Numbered from the stretch's first letter, positions 9,727 through 21,034 are shown. The stretch: 64,000 nucleotides of DNA from Nitrosopumilus sp. (GCA_965249555.1 OZ252243.1:1088001-1152000); one strand, 5' to 3'. Program-made: numbers and translations. Notes: a model not told the origin generated them from the sequence alone.

Positions 9727-9853
9727 ATTTATACTCCTGACCTGATTTTCATATTTTATGTTACTATCAGATTATACTAAAATATAATAATTTACTTTTT
9801 TACAAATTTTCTAGTCTTCAATCCTTAAATGCTCTCCAATTTCGATTAATTTA

Positions 9854-11416
9854 ATGAATTCTAGGAACTACAAGTATGCTCTATTACTTGTAGCCGCAGT
9901 ATCAATCACAGCAACTGGTGCAATGTCACAAGCATATGCACAAAGTGTTGATGATGGTATGGACGGATATGTACTAGGTACCAGTGGAATTTACACTGGT
10001 AATCCTAACGAGTGTTGGTATGATGATGGCGAAGGCGGTATGCTCCCTTGTATGGTAGATACAGGTGATATGGCATGGATGCTAACGGCAACATCATTAG
10101 TACTCTTCATGACTCCCGGCGTTGCATTCTTTTATGGTGGTTTATCCAGATCAAAGAACGCAGTAAACGTCATCGGCATGACCTTTGTAGTCATTGGTTT
10201 AATGTCAGTACAATGGGTTCTATGGGGATACTCACTAGCATTTGGTGGAATTGATTCAGATGCAAATATGTTCATGGGAAATTTGGACTATGCTGGATTT
10301 AATATGGTCTCAGCATGGGCTCCATTAGGTGAAGCAGGACCTTGTGCAGACACTTGGTCTAATGCATACCAGATGCAGCAGTTCAAAGAAGGAGATATTT
10401 GTAGTCAAGGTTGGCCAGGTACAGTACCTCACCAACTATTTGCAATGTTCCAAGCAACATTCGCAATTATCACCCCAGCACTAATTGTTGGTGGTTTGAT
10501 TGACAGAATCAAATTCAGCGCATTAATCATATTCGTACTCTTATGGGGTACCTTCGTTTATGATCCAATAGCACATTGGGTTTGGGGAGGTGGTTACATA
10601 GGAGGAGGATCACTAGACCTTGATCCAAACTTATCGCCATCATACGCATTAGACTTTGCTGGTGGTACTGTAGTACACATTACTTCAGGATTCGCTGCAT
10701 TGGCAGGAGCCTTAGTCCTTGGCAGAAGACTTGGATATGGCAAAGTTCCAATGGAACCACACAACATTCCAATGGTTGTACTAGGTGCATCCATACTTTG
10801 GTTTGGTTGGTTTGGTTTCAACGCAGGAAGTGAAGTAATGGTAGACGGCATTACCATAAGCGCATGGACTGTAACTAATACCGCAACAGGTATGGCTTCA
10901 GTTACATGGGTTTTGATGTCATGGGCACATACCGGAAAACCAAGTATAGTTGGAGCTGCATCAGGTGCAGTAGCAGGATTGGTAGCAATCACTCCAGCTT
11001 CAGGTTGGGTAGGTCCAATGGCTTCGATTATAATCGGTATTGCTGCTGGTACAGTTTGTTATGCAGCTATAGCATTCAAGAATGCACGCAAATGGGATGA
11101 CGCATTAGATGTATGGGGAGTACACGGAATGGGTGGTCTTACAGGTGCAATTTTGACTGGAACATTAGCTAGTCCACACGTTTGGGATACTGGAGACGGT
11201 ATCGGCGCATGGACTGGTACTCCAGAAGGAATGGAACAGCAAGCAATCAGCATCATTGGTGCTGCAATATCAGTAGGCTATGCCTTTGGTGTTACTATTG
11301 TAATCTTCAAAATCATGGATGCCATCTGGCCAGGTGGAATCAGAGTCACTCCTAAAGAAGAGGAGATTGGCATTGATTTGGCCCAGCACGGCGAAAGAGC
11401 ATACGTTAACGAATAG
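9854..11416 (+). CDS. amt: Ammonium transporter (Amt family)
   Basis: DTGDMAW, FMTPGVAFFYGG, FQATFAIIT, DFAGGTVVH, WFGWFGFNAGS and DDALDVWGVHG motifs. N-terminal signal peptide ending AYA-Q. Confidence 0.97.
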   Translation: MNSRNYKYALLLVAAVSITATGAMSQAYAQSVDDGMDGYVLGTSGIYTGNPNECWYDDGEGGMLPCMVDTGDMAWMLTATSLVLFMTPGVAFFYGGLSRSKNAVNVIGMTFVVIGLMSVQWVLWGYSLAFGGIDSDANMFMGNLDYAGFNMVSAWAPLGEAGPCADTWSNAYQMQQFKEGDICSQGWPGTVPHQLFAMFQATFAIITPALIVGGLIDRIKFSALIIFVLLWGTFVYDPIAHWVWGGGYIGGGSLDLDPNLSPSYALDFAGGTVVHITSGFAALAGALVLGRRLGYGKVPMEPHNIPMVVLGASILWFGWFGFNAGSEVMVDGITISAWTVTNTATGMASVTWVLMSWAHTGKPSIVGAASGAVAGLVAITPASGWVGPMASIIIGIAAGTVCYAAIAFKNARKWDDALDVWGVHGMGGLTGAILTGTLASPHVWDTGDGIGAWTGTPEGMEQQAISIIGAAISVGYAFGVTIVIFKIMDAIWPGGIRVTPKEEEIGIDLAQHGERAYVNE

Positions 11417-11426
11417 AAAAAACCCT

Positions 11427-11448
11427 TTTCTTTTCTTTTTATTTTTTC
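11427..11448 (+). terminator. T-rich archaeal terminator after amt
   Basis: TTTTCTTTTCTTTTTATTTTTT about 10 nt after the stop codon. Confidence 0.5.
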
Positions 11449-11487
11449 AATACAAATCAATTTAGATTTGATCAATTCACCAAAATC

Positions 11488-12264
11488 ATGTTAATTTCTA
11501 CAACTAAACTTGATTCGATTCTTAATGATTCAAATATTTTGATAATTGACACCCGTTCTTTTGGAAAATATTCTGAAGGACATGTTCCAGGTGCTGTCAA
11601 TTTAGATCTATTTGCATTTCATTGGATAGATACGACAAAAGAAGGAATACAAAATTTTAACAAACAAGCAGAGATAATTTTTTCATTTGTTGGGATAAAC
11701 TCAGAAAAGAAAGTTATTTTTTATGATGATGTTTCTGGGATGCTTGCTGCTAGAGGTGTTTGGATGCTAGAATATTTCTCTCATCCTAATGTATCAATAT
11801 TGGACGGTGGCATGAAAAAATGGAAAAAAGAAAATCTATCAATTGAAACAAAACCAAATCCATTTCAACCCTCAAAATTTTCTGGAAAAATTAATCCTAA
11901 AATCATTTCCAGCTATGAATACATTATAGACAATATTGATACGCTAAAAATTATTGATGCTAGATCTGATGGGGAGTTTAGTGGAACTGTTGTACGGGCA
12001 GCACAAGTAGGACATATTCCAAAATCTGTCAATATTGATTGGAGTATGAACATCAATGATGATGGTACTTTCAAATCAGATGATGAATTATCCAAACTTT
12101 ACCAAATCCCAAAAGACTCTGAAATAGTGACTTATTGCCAAGGAGCCTATCGTGCTGCTAACTCGTTTCTTGCATTAAAGAAACTTGGTTTTACCAATGT
12201 TCGTGTGTATCTGGGCTCTTGGGGGGAATGGGGAAATAAACTAGATTTACCTGTAGAAAAATAA
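11488..12264 (+). CDS. Tandem-rhodanese sulfurtransferase
   Basis: GHVPGA, LDGGM, GHIP, active-site YCQGAYRA and YLGSWGEW motifs. Confidence 0.9.
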   Translation: MLISTTKLDSILNDSNILIIDTRSFGKYSEGHVPGAVNLDLFAFHWIDTTKEGIQNFNKQAEIIFSFVGINSEKKVIFYDDVSGMLAARGVWMLEYFSHPNVSILDGGMKKWKKENLSIETKPNPFQPSKFSGKINPKIISSYEYIIDNIDTLKIIDARSDGEFSGTVVRAAQVGHIPKSVNIDWSMNINDDGTFKSDDELSKLYQIPKDSEIVTYCQGAYRAANSFLALKKLGFTNVRVYLGSWGEWGNKLDLPVEK

Positions 12265-12297
12265 TCGTGTTTTATCAACATCAAGCATTACAACAAA

Positions 12298-12384
12298 CTA
12301 TGGACTAACTATTGTTATTCCAAAAATAGCGAATCCAAGCATAATTCCTGCAGGAATTATAGTAATTATGAATTCTTTTGACAT
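12298..12384 (-). CDS. 28-aa hydrophobic peptide directly downstream of atpI (not in ORF track)
   Basis: Translation MSKEFIITIIPAGIMLGFAIFGITIVSP*. Its ATG is 7 nt after the atpI stop. Confidence 0.5.
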   Translation of the reverse strand: MSKEFIITIIPAGIMLGFAIFGITIVSP

Positions 12385-12391
12385 GTTCTTT

Positions 12392-14545
12392 CTATCTCCT
12401 ACTTTTCTTACTCTTCCAAGAATATGTATTGTAAACCCTTTCTGGAACTAATTGTTGGAATGGTTGGGAACCACCATCATACCATTTTGTAAAGAACTCA
12501 TAGAGATGAAGCCTTAGAGACTGGATGTAAACAATCAAACCTTCAATCATCATGATTCCTATCTGTCCACCAATAATTAGTACAAGAGACATTGGATTGC
12601 TAAGTCCTCCTAATGATTCATAGGCCTGATTAACTGTAAGCAAAAGAGCTGCATGTACTAGAAGCATAATTCCTATTCGCGCATAACTAATCGAGTGCGC
12701 CAGACATTCAATGGTCTTTCCAAGTAAGACTTCCATGATTACACTTACCATATCACCACCATCCTCTGGATGTTTTTTGTTATGTTTTATTCCACCAATT
12801 ATCATCAATACAACACATGCAAGAATAATAATTATTGAAACTCTGACAACTATCCATACAACTGCCCATTCTCCAACAAGTACTGATACCCAAGGAACAG
12901 CTTCTGTGTGAATTTTCGAATACATGTTCATGACATCATATCCAGAACCTATTGCTCCCATCATTACTCCGAAAACTCCTAACCACATGAACAAATTAGG
13001 AATTGCTTCAAAGATCAATGCACTTTTGTCTTTCTTTTTTGCAAAGTTACGAATTCGTAAAAGAAAAGCCCAACCTAGATGAATAACTCCCAAGAATAAT
13101 GATACTTTAAGAATCATGATTACTTGATCAAATGTTAATTCTGCTACACTGATAGAACCAATCAACCATTCAATTGAATGAAGTGGCCCACCTTCATGTA
13201 ACAACGCTTCAAATCCTGCAAAGTGTTCTAAGTGAAAACCAAATATTTCACCCTGAAAAATTCCCGCTAGTGCACCTGCTCCACCAGACATTGCAAGTAA
13301 CATTCCCCATCTTGATAGAGTACCTTGTCCTTTGAATTTGAATAATAAACCTAAACCCATTAACAATAATCCATGGCCTAAATCTGCAAACATTAATCCA
13401 TAAAATATAGGCCACATTAGTGCAATCATCCATGTAGGATCAAATTCTCCTCGCTTTGGGATTCCTTGACTGCTAGTGATTACTTCATATGTTCTAACCC
13501 ATTTTGGATTATCCAAATAAACAGGAAGTTCTGAAAGTGACTCTTCATCTTTTATTCCTTCAGTAATTGAAGTCCATTGGCTTGTCACTTCTTTGAATTT
13601 TTTTTCCATTTTCTTTGGGATATATCCTTGAATTACTGCAAAATTCTTTGTACCTCCTGGTTTACGTAATGTTTCAAGAACTTCTTTTACCACAAACGAA
13701 TTTTCATGCATTATTAGAATTTCACGTCGAATTTTTTTTGTGATGGAAGCTAATTCTTTTGAAATTGCTTTTTGTTTTGTTGTTAATTCTTTTATATTTA
13801 CTTCTGCTAAAGAATACGCTTCACTTGGAATTTGAGGAATATCTTTAGGGATACTAAACGGATTAGAATTAAGTGCTCGCATAACTTTGAGGATTTTATC
13901 AGAGTCATCAATATCAGAAATTATTATTATGGCTGATTTTTCTTTAGACTCTAAATCATATTTGAAAATTGGTATGCCTTCTAATGATCGTTCAATCTCT
14001 CCAAAATCTGAAGTATTAATGACAAATAGATTTGTATAAAAATAATTCATCTCTCCAAAACCACTTAGGTCAACTTTTAGTTTATTTGCAACTTGTAATG
14101 TTTCTTTTAATGATTTGAATTCTTCAAGAGAGTGATTAATCTTTGAATTCTCTTCTAATACTTTAGCTGCTTTAGTGATACTATCTGGAACTTTTTCTAG
14201 TTCTGCAATCAAATTTTCGATCTCATCAATTTCATAATTTTTCTTTTTAATTACAGTCCCTTTGAAAAGAATCTCCATAATGCCAACTCGTAGAGGAATA
14301 TTCAATCCCTTGATCACATCTTCAACAAATTGGTGTGTTTTTTGTGCCCGTAAAAGAAGATCATCTATTTCAGGAGTAACTGTTTCATTTTCCATCTCCA
14401 TTTTATGAAACCATTCAAATTCGGCTAGACGTGATATTGCTTTTGGAGATTCATTTCTTGGAAGTATAACACTGCCAATCAGAAGATCTGCAACAGTCAC
14501 ACTTCCCACGACAATTATTACACTATAATATCTTTCTAAGTTCAA
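12392..14545 (-). CDS. atpI: A/V-type ATP synthase subunit I (a)
   Basis: EFDPT, MFADLGHG, SISYARI (essential Arg) and QSLRLHLYEFFTKWY motifs. The true start is probably a GTG near 14500-14510. Confidence 0.95.
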   Translation of the reverse strand: MNLERYYSVIIVVGSVTVADLLIGSVILPRNESPKAISRLAEFEWFHKMEMENETVTPEIDDLLLRAQKTHQFVEDVIKGLNIPLRVGIMEILFKGTVIKKKNYEIDEIENLIAELEKVPDSITKAAKVLEENSKINHSLEEFKSLKETLQVANKLKVDLSGFGEMNYFYTNLFVINTSDFGEIERSLEGIPIFKYDLESKEKSAIIIISDIDDSDKILKVMRALNSNPFSIPKDIPQIPSEAYSLAEVNIKELTTKQKAISKELASITKKIRREILIMHENSFVVKEVLETLRKPGGTKNFAVIQGYIPKKMEKKFKEVTSQWTSITEGIKDEESLSELPVYLDNPKWVRTYEVITSSQGIPKRGEFDPTWMIALMWPIFYGLMFADLGHGLLLMGLGLLFKFKGQGTLSRWGMLLAMSGGAGALAGIFQGEIFGFHLEHFAGFEALLHEGGPLHSIEWLIGSISVAELTFDQVIMILKVSLFLGVIHLGWAFLLRIRNFAKKKDKSALIFEAIPNLFMWLGVFGVMMGAIGSGYDVMNMYSKIHTEAVPWVSVLVGEWAVVWIVVRVSIIIILACVVLMIIGGIKHNKKHPEDGGDMVSVIMEVLLGKTIECLAHSISYARIGIMLLVHAALLLTVNQAYESLGGLSNPMSLVLIIGGQIGIMMIEGLIVYIQSLRLHLYEFFTKWYDGGSQPFQQLVPERVYNTYSWKSKKSRR

Positions 14546-14622
14546 ATTGAAAACATGATTTTTTTTGAATTATTTTAATTCCTCCCAAACATTAAAATCT
14601 ATTATCCAATGACCACCCCATA

Positions 14623-15222
14623 TTGGCACCTAATTCTACATTAGAAAAATCTATTGACAAAATTCTCAAGAAAACCGAAAAAGAAATTCTACTAGATCTA
14701 GAAAATTCAGGTTCAGATTCTAAACAAACATTAGATAACTCACTTCCAAAACTCGAACAGGAATTTGATAAAATTATTTCAGATGGAAACAAAGAAGCAA
14801 ACAAAATTGAAAAACAAATTATTGGTAGTTCTGAACTAGAAGTTAGAAACAAACAACTTTTGTTATTAGAAGAAGGAGTTGACAAGGTCTTTTCAAAAGC
14901 GTTAGATCAAATAGCAAATGCTGATCGAAGTGGAGATTACTCAAATCTCATTAATACTTTGTTAGATGAATCAACTAAAATTTTAGGTACAACTGAAGTT
15001 ACAGTTTTTACAAATGCTAAAGACAAAGATGTAGTACAATCTGCATTATCTAAATTCTCAGGAGCTGAATTATCATCTGATACAATTGATTGTCTTGGTG
15101 GAGTTATAATAAAATCAAAAGATGGTACAATGACATTTGATAACACTATAGATGCAAGAATTGAACGCTTGAAGCCTTTAATAAGGAAAGAAATTGCCTC
15201 CAAATTCGGAGTGGGAAATTAG
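14623..15222 (+). CDS. atpE: A/V-type ATP synthase subunit E
   Basis: Coiled-coil N-terminus and [19 protein letters not shown] motif. TTG start. Confidence 0.9.
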   Translation: MAPNSTLEKSIDKILKKTEKEILLDLENSGSDSKQTLDNSLPKLEQEFDKIISDGNKEANKIEKQIIGSSELEVRNKQLLLLEEGVDKVFSKALDQIANADRSGDYSNLINTLLDESTKILGTTEVTVFTNAKDKDVVQSALSKFSGAELSSDTIDCLGGVIIKSKDGTMTFDNTIDARIERLKPLIRKEIASKFGVGN

Positions 15223-15223
15223 A

Positions 15224-17002
15224 ATGGTAGCTCAAGGTAAAATTGTTTGGGTAAGTGGTCCTGCCGTTAGAGCAGATGGTATGTCTGACGCAAAAATGTA
15301 TGAAACTGTATCTGTTGGTAATTCAAAATTAGTAGGTGAAGTAATTAGATTAACTGGTGATGTTGCATTTATTCAAGTCTATGAATCAACCAGTGGATTA
15401 AAACCCGGTGAGCCTGTTGTTGGTACTGGAAATCCACTTAGTGTTTTGTTAGGTCCGGGTATTATTGGACAACTTTATGATGGAATTCAAAGACCTCTAA
15501 GAGAATTATCAAAAGCCTCTGGTTCATTCATTGGAAGAGGTATTACGACCACCCCAGTTGATATGACCAAAAAATATCATTTTGTACCAACTGTTAGTGT
15601 TGGTGATGAAGTTACTGGAGGAAATGTACTTGGAACTGTACAAGAAACTGATCTTATTGAACACTCTATTATGGTCCCACCAGATCACAAAGGTGGAAAA
15701 ATTACAAATATCGTTTCAGAAGGAGACTATGATTTAGAAACTGAAATAGCTACATCTGAGAAAGATGGAGAAACCATTTCACTTAAAATGTATCACAAAT
15801 GGCCTGTAAGAAAACCTAGACCATACAAAAGTCGTTATGATCCTACTGTTCCATTACTAACTGGACAACGTGTAATAGACACATTTTTCCCAATTGCAAA
15901 AGGTGGAACCGGTTCAATTCCTGGAGCATTTGGAACGGGAAAGACTGTTACATTACACCAAATTGCAAAATGGGCTGATTCTCAAGTTGTTGTTTACATT
16001 GGTTGCGGTGAAAGAGGAAACGAGATGACTGAAGTTCTAGTTGAATTCCCACACCTCAAAGATCCACGTAGTGGAAAACCACTCATGGATAGAACTGTTC
16101 TTGTTGCAAATACTAGTAACATGCCAGTAGCAGCAAGAGAAGCAAGTATCTACACTGGTGTAACAATTGCAGAATATTACAGAGATATGGGTAAAGACGT
16201 TGTACTTGTAGCAGACTCTACAAGTAGATGGGCTGAATCACTCAGAGAAATGAGTGGTAGATTAGAAGAGATGCCCGCAGAAGAGGGGTATCCATCATAT
16301 CTTGCATCAAGATTAGCAGAATTTTATGAAAGAGCAGGTCGTGTTAGAGCAATTGGAAGTCCAGATCGTGATGGTTCAGTTACTTTGATTGGTGCTGTAT
16401 CTCCATCAGGTGGTGACTTTACAGAACCAGTTACAACCCACACAATGAGATTTATCAAAACTTTTTGGGCTTTGGATGCAAAACTTGCATACTCTAGACA
16501 CTATCCATCAATCAACTGGATGAATAGTTACTCTGGTTATCTTGCTGATATTGCAAAATGGTGGAGTGAAAATATCGATAAAGATTGGTTTGAGATAAGA
16601 AGTGAGGTATATGGAATTTTACAAAGAGAAGATACGCTAAAAGAAATTGTCAGACTCTTAGGTCCAGAAGCATTACCTGATGAAGAAAAACTAATTCTTG
16701 AAGTTGCAAGAATGATAAAGATTGGTCTTTTACAGCAAAACTCTTTTGATGATGTTGACACTTTTTGCAGTCCAGAAAAACAGTTTAAGCTAATGAAACT
16801 ATTAGTTGACTTTTACAATCAAGGTCAACAAGCAATCAAAGCAGGTACATCATTAGTTGATATCCGTACAATGTCTGTAATTCCTTCACTTCTTAAAGCA
16901 AGAATGGATATCAAAGATGATGAAATGCCAAAACTTGATCAATTAGATAAAGAAATGCAAGAACAATTCAAATCAATTACAGGAGTAAAGGTATCAAATT
17001 GA
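15224..17002 (+). CDS. atpA: A/V-type ATP synthase subunit A
   Basis: GAFGTGKT P-loop, [23 protein letters not shown] and [10 protein letters not shown] motifs. No intein. ATG at 15224. Confidence 0.97.
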   Translation: MVAQGKIVWVSGPAVRADGMSDAKMYETVSVGNSKLVGEVIRLTGDVAFIQVYESTSGLKPGEPVVGTGNPLSVLLGPGIIGQLYDGIQRPLRELSKASGSFIGRGITTTPVDMTKKYHFVPTVSVGDEVTGGNVLGTVQETDLIEHSIMVPPDHKGGKITNIVSEGDYDLETEIATSEKDGETISLKMYHKWPVRKPRPYKSRYDPTVPLLTGQRVIDTFFPIAKGGTGSIPGAFGTGKTVTLHQIAKWADSQVVVYIGCGERGNEMTEVLVEFPHLKDPRSGKPLMDRTVLVANTSNMPVAAREASIYTGVTIAEYYRDMGKDVVLVADSTSRWAESLREMSGRLEEMPAEEGYPSYLASRLAEFYERAGRVRAIGSPDRDGSVTLIGAVSPSGGDFTEPVTTHTMRFIKTFWALDAKLAYSRHYPSINWMNSYSGYLADIAKWWSENIDKDWFEIRSEVYGILQREDTLKEIVRLLGPEALPDEEKLILEVARMIKIGLLQQNSFDDVDTFCSPEKQFKLMKLLVDFYNQGQQAIKAGTSLVDIRTMSVIPSLLKARMDIKDDEMPKLDQLDKEMQEQFKSITGVKVSN

Positions 17003-18384
17003 CAACAGAAGGCGGAGTTCAATACAGCAAGATTGCTGAAATCAAAGGTCCACTGGTAGTTGTAGATGATGTTGAAAATGCAGCATTTGATGAACTTGTT
17101 GAAATTGAAACTAAAGAAGGAGAAAGAAGATTAGGTAAAGTTCTCGAAGTAGGAAATGGTAAAGCAGTCGTTCAAGTTTTTGAGGGAACAACTGGACTAT
17201 CTATCTCTGGAACAAATGCTAAATTTGTAGGTAAAGTAATGGAAATGCCAGTATCCAAAGAGGTACTTGGTAGAGTTTTTGATGGACTAGGTAGACCAAA
17301 AGATGGACTACCAGATCCAATTGCTGATAAATTTGTTGACATTAATGGTGAACCAATGAATCCAGAACAACGTGAATATCCAAAAGACTTCATTCAAACC
17401 GGTGTATCTGTAATTGATGGATTGATGACTCTAGTTAGAGGACAAAAACTTCCAATCTTTTCAGGCTCTGGCATGTCTCACAACCTTTTAGCAGCACAAA
17501 TTGCCAGACAAGCAAGTGTTGTTGGAACACAAGATGACTTTGCTGTAGTATTTGCAGCAATTGGTGTGCAATACAGTGAAGCAGAATATTTCAGACGAAG
17601 TCTTGAAGATTCTGGTGCACTAAAGAGAAGTGTTCTATTTCTAAATACAGCAGATGATCCTGCAATTGAACGAATTATCACTCCGCGTGTGGCTTTAACT
17701 GTCGCTGAATATCTGGCATTTGATTTAGGAATGCACGTTCTAGTTGTAATGACTGACATGACAAACTATGCAGAAGCATTAAGAGAGATTAGTGCAGCAA
17801 GAGAAGAAGTTCCTGGAAGAAAAGGTTATCCTGGTTATCTTTACACTGACCTCTCAACAATCTATGAAAGAGCAGGTAAACTACAGGGAAGAAAAGGAAG
17901 TGTTACCCAAGTTCCAATCTTATCAATGCCATCTGATGATATTACTCATCCAATCCCTGACCTTACTGGTTACATTACCGAGGGACAAGTAGTAGTTGGT
18001 AGAGATTTGTTCAGACAAGGAATTTATCCTCCAATCAATATTTTGATGAGTCTTAGTAGACTGATGAAAGACGGGATTGGTGAGGGAAGTACCAGAGAAG
18101 ATCATAGTGAAGTTGCTAATCAAGTTTATGATGCATATTCTAGAGCACAAGAAGTAAGAGCACTAGCAGGTATTGTAGGTAAAGCAGGACTAACTGAAAT
18201 TGACTTGAAATACATGGATGTTGGTGATATTTTTGAAAAAGAATTCCTTTCACAAGCAACTGATGAGAACAGAACCATTGAAGAAACACTTGGTATCTTA
18301 TGGAAGATTGTTTCTAAACTACCAAAGAACGAGATTACTAAGATCAAAGACAAATTCGTAGACCAATATTATCAGGAAGAATAA
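16999..18384 (+). CDS. atpB: A/V-type ATP synthase subunit B
   Basis: [30 protein letters not shown] and [15 protein letters not shown] motifs. TTG start overlapping the atpA stop. Confidence 0.97.
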   Translation: MTTEGGVQYSKIAEIKGPLVVVDDVENAAFDELVEIETKEGERRLGKVLEVGNGKAVVQVFEGTTGLSISGTNAKFVGKVMEMPVSKEVLGRVFDGLGRPKDGLPDPIADKFVDINGEPMNPEQREYPKDFIQTGVSVIDGLMTLVRGQKLPIFSGSGMSHNLLAAQIARQASVVGTQDDFAVVFAAIGVQYSEAEYFRRSLEDSGALKRSVLFLNTADDPAIERIITPRVALTVAEYLAFDLGMHVLVVMTDMTNYAEALREISAAREEVPGRKGYPGYLYTDLSTIYERAGKLQGRKGSVTQVPILSMPSDDITHPIPDLTGYITEGQVVVGRDLFRQGIYPPINILMSLSRLMKDGIGEGSTREDHSEVANQVYDAYSRAQEVRALAGIVGKAGLTEIDLKYMDVGDIFEKEFLSQATDENRTIEETLGILWKIVSKLPKNEITKIKDKFVDQYYQEE

Positions 18385-18388
18385 CAAA

Positions 18389-19024
18389 ATGTCATTTGGA
18401 CAAAATGTCTCTGCAACAAAAATCGAACTTTTAAAATTTAAAAAATCTAGCCAAGTCGCCACTATGGTTCAAAAAATTTTAGATGATAAACGTAAAGTTC
18501 TCTTAAAAAACATTGAAGAAATGATTGTAGAAGCATCAAAAGCAAGAGGTGGAATTTGGGATCCTTTACAGGATATCTACAAGTCAGTAAATGAGGCATA
18601 TTTAGCATTAGGAACTGATACTGTTGACTCTGTTGCAGAATCCACACCACCTGTAATGCAGGTAGATGTTCACGTAAGAAGAGTAGTTGATGTAAAGATT
18701 CCAGCACTTACAGTAACTGAAAAAGACACAAAATCAATGCCTTATGGATTTGCTGATACAAACTCTTCAATTGATAGAGCAGCAAAACAAATCAAAGAAC
18801 TGCTTCCAAAAATTTGTAAAGCAGCAGAATATGAAAATTCTATCTTTAGTCTTGCAAAAGCATTAGAAAAGACACAAAAATTGTTAAATGCTCTTGAAAA
18901 TGTAATTATTCCACAATATCAACACAATATTCGATTCATCGCTCAAGCTCTTGAAGAAAAAGAGAGAGAAGAATTCGCAAAGTTAAAAAAAGTTAAAGCA
19001 AAGATACAAAATAGGAAATCATGA
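18389..19024 (+). CDS. atpD: A/V-type ATP synthase subunit D
   Basis: ATKIELLK and KTQKLLNALENVIIP..LEEKEREEF motifs. Confidence 0.93.
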   Translation: MSFGQNVSATKIELLKFKKSSQVATMVQKILDDKRKVLLKNIEEMIVEASKARGGIWDPLQDIYKSVNEAYLALGTDTVDSVAESTPPVMQVDVHVRRVVDVKIPALTVTEKDTKSMPYGFADTNSSIDRAAKQIKELLPKICKAAEYENSIFSLAKALEKTQKLLNALENVIIPQYQHNIRFIAQALEEKEREEFAKLKKVKAKIQNRKS

Positions 19025-19152
19025 CAAAAGAAGAAATCAAAAAACTGCTCGAAACTTCCAAAAAGACATTAGATAATGATCATGAAAATTTTGTAAAATC
19101 AATTAAAGATGATATAACTTCATTCAAAAAGAAAACACTAGATCAAATTTAA
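19021..19152 (+). CDS. 43-aa charged helical protein in the atp operon (not in ORF track)
   Basis: Translation MTKEEIKKLLETSKKTLDNDHENFVKSIKDDITSFKKKTLDQI*. ATGA overlap with the atpD stop suggests translational coupling. Confidence 0.7.
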   Translation: MTKEEIKKLLETSKKTLDNDHENFVKSIKDDITSFKKKTLDQI

Positions 19153-19203
19153 TGCTATTACATCATCATGATTTAAATATGGAATTATGAGGAATTCAGG
19201 CAG

Positions 19204-19515
19204 ATGAAACCTATTGTTTTATTGTTATCAGTAGCAGCCATTGCATTAGTGGCTGCAGGTCTTACAGATGTAGCATATGCTCAAGAAGAATCTACTGGTG
19301 GCATGAGTGATGGCTCCAAACTAATTGGTGCTGGTATAGCATTTGGTGTTGCAGCAGGCGGTGCCGGTGTTGGTTTAGGTCAAGTAGGTGCAGCAGGTCT
19401 TGCAGTAATTAGTGAGAATCCTGCATTACAGTCCAAAGTGTTCATCTTTGTAGGTATGGTAGAATCAATTGCTATCTATGGTATAGTTATGATGTTTATC
19501 ATCTTAGGACAATAA
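19204..19515 (+). CDS. atpK: A/V-type ATP synthase proteolipid subunit K (c)
   Basis: Gly-rich hairpin and GMVESIAIYG with the ion-binding Glu. N-terminal signal-like presequence ending AYA-Q. Confidence 0.95.
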   Translation: MKPIVLLLSVAAIALVAAGLTDVAYAQEESTGGMSDGSKLIGAGIAFGVAAGGAGVGLGQVGAAGLAVISENPALQSKVFIFVGMVESIAIYGIVMMFIILGQ

Positions 19516-19548
19516 ACCACAACAATATCTTTTTCAAATTTTTAAAAT

Positions 19549-20010
19549 TTAATTATATTTTAACTGGTTTACATCTAGCACTCTTGCGCAATATCTACAC
19601 TTGAGTACTTGTCCATCTTTGTCAATAACATCCATTACTGATTCAATGTGTTCTGTACTGTTTGTGATACATTCTGGATTTGAGCACCGAAAGATTCTAT
19701 CAATCTCATTTGGAAGGGCAACTCTTCTCTTTTCAACTAGCTTGTAATTTCTGATGATGTTAATTGTCGCCTTTGGCACAATGACTGCAAGTTTGTTTGT
19801 ATCATCATCTTTTAGGAATTTGTTTTCTACTTTAATGATATCTTTTTTCTTGAATTTTCCACTTGGAACATTCAAAGCTATAGTAATTAGACTACCATCT
19901 TTACCATCAATTCTTAATGCGTTGAGGACCTGAAGACCCTTGCCTTCATCAATATGATCAATTACAGTCCCTTCCTTGATTCGTCGAACTAAAAGTTCAG
20001 ACTGTTCCAT
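19549..20010 (-). CDS. pyrI: Aspartate carbamoyltransferase regulatory chain
   Basis: IKEGTVIDHI motif and Zn site CSNPECIT...CRYC. Confidence 0.96.
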   Translation of the reverse strand: MEQSELLVRRIKEGTVIDHIDEGKGLQVLNALRIDGKDGSLITIALNVPSGKFKKKDIIKVENKFLKDDDTNKLAVIVPKATINIIRNYKLVEKRRVALPNEIDRIFRCSNPECITNSTEHIESVMDVIDKDGQVLKCRYCARVLDVNQLKYN

Positions 20011-20051
20011 CAGAATACTTTGTATAGTCTCCTGTATATATTATTGAAAGA

Positions 20052-20981
20052 ATGAATGAGTTTTTTCAAAAAGATATCATCTCAATTAAGGAGTTTGATA
20101 AAGAAAAACTAGAGAAAATCTTTGTCTCAACGGACAAGATGATGCAACTAAACCCAATAGAGCGAAGGGAGATTTGTAAAGGAAAAACTTTAGCTTACCT
20201 ATTTTATGAGCCAAGTACTAGAACTCGTCTTAGTTTTGATTCTGCTATGGCATCAGTTGGTGGTAGTTCGTTAGGAATCTCTGATATTTCTTCTTCTTCT
20301 ACACAAAAAGGTGAAAGTCTTGCTGATACTGTACGAATAATGTCAATTTACTCTGACATTCTAGTATTGAGACACACCTTGGATGGTTCAAGTAGATTTG
20401 CATCTGAAGTTTCAAACAAACCTGTAATCAATGCGGGTAGTGGTACAGAAGAGCATCCAACTCAAGCAATTCAAGATTTGTTTACAATTAAAAAAGAAAA
20501 GAAAAAGATTGATGGTCTAAAGATTGGAATTGTCGGTGATCTAAAGTATGGACGAACTGTTTATTCCTTGTTGTATGGACTTGGAAACTATGATGTTGAT
20601 GTTCGTTTAATTTCTCCAGAATCTCTTAGAATACGTTCTGATTCAGTTTATGAAATCAAAAAGAGATTATCTTATACAGAATCTACTGATATCGAAGAAC
20701 ATATTGATGAACTTGATGTTCTTTATGTAACAAGAATCCAAAAGGAGAGATTTCCTGATGAAGAAGAATATCTCAAAGTTAAAGGAAGCTATGTAGTGGG
20801 ATTGGATTTATTAAAACAAATGAAAGATGATTCAATAATTTTACATCCACTTCCACGATTAGATGAAATCTCAACTGATGTTGATAAAACAAAAAATGCC
20901 AAATATTTTGAGCAAGCTGAATATGGAAAGCATACACGTGCAGCTCTATTAGGTTTGATACTTAACGAGAATGGTTTTTAA
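20052..20981 (+). CDS. pyrB: Aspartate carbamoyltransferase catalytic chain
   Basis: FYEPSTRTRLSF, HPTQ, GDLKYGRTV and HPLPR motifs. Confidence 0.97.
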   Translation: MNEFFQKDIISIKEFDKEKLEKIFVSTDKMMQLNPIERREICKGKTLAYLFYEPSTRTRLSFDSAMASVGGSSLGISDISSSSTQKGESLADTVRIMSIYSDILVLRHTLDGSSRFASEVSNKPVINAGSGTEEHPTQAIQDLFTIKKEKKKIDGLKIGIVGDLKYGRTVYSLLYGLGNYDVDVRLISPESLRIRSDSVYEIKKRLSYTESTDIEEHIDELDVLYVTRIQKERFPDEEEYLKVKGSYVVGLDLLKQMKDDSIILHPLPRLDEISTDVDKTKNAKYFEQAEYGKHTRAALLGLILNENGF

Positions 20982-21034
20982 TTTATTTGAGAATTCATAT
21001 TCCATATATCTAGGGACATTTCAATAATGATTAG

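Noticed and set aside
15224-17002. Inteins in atpA or nrdJ
   Set aside because: Both proteins have normal length and continuous motifs.
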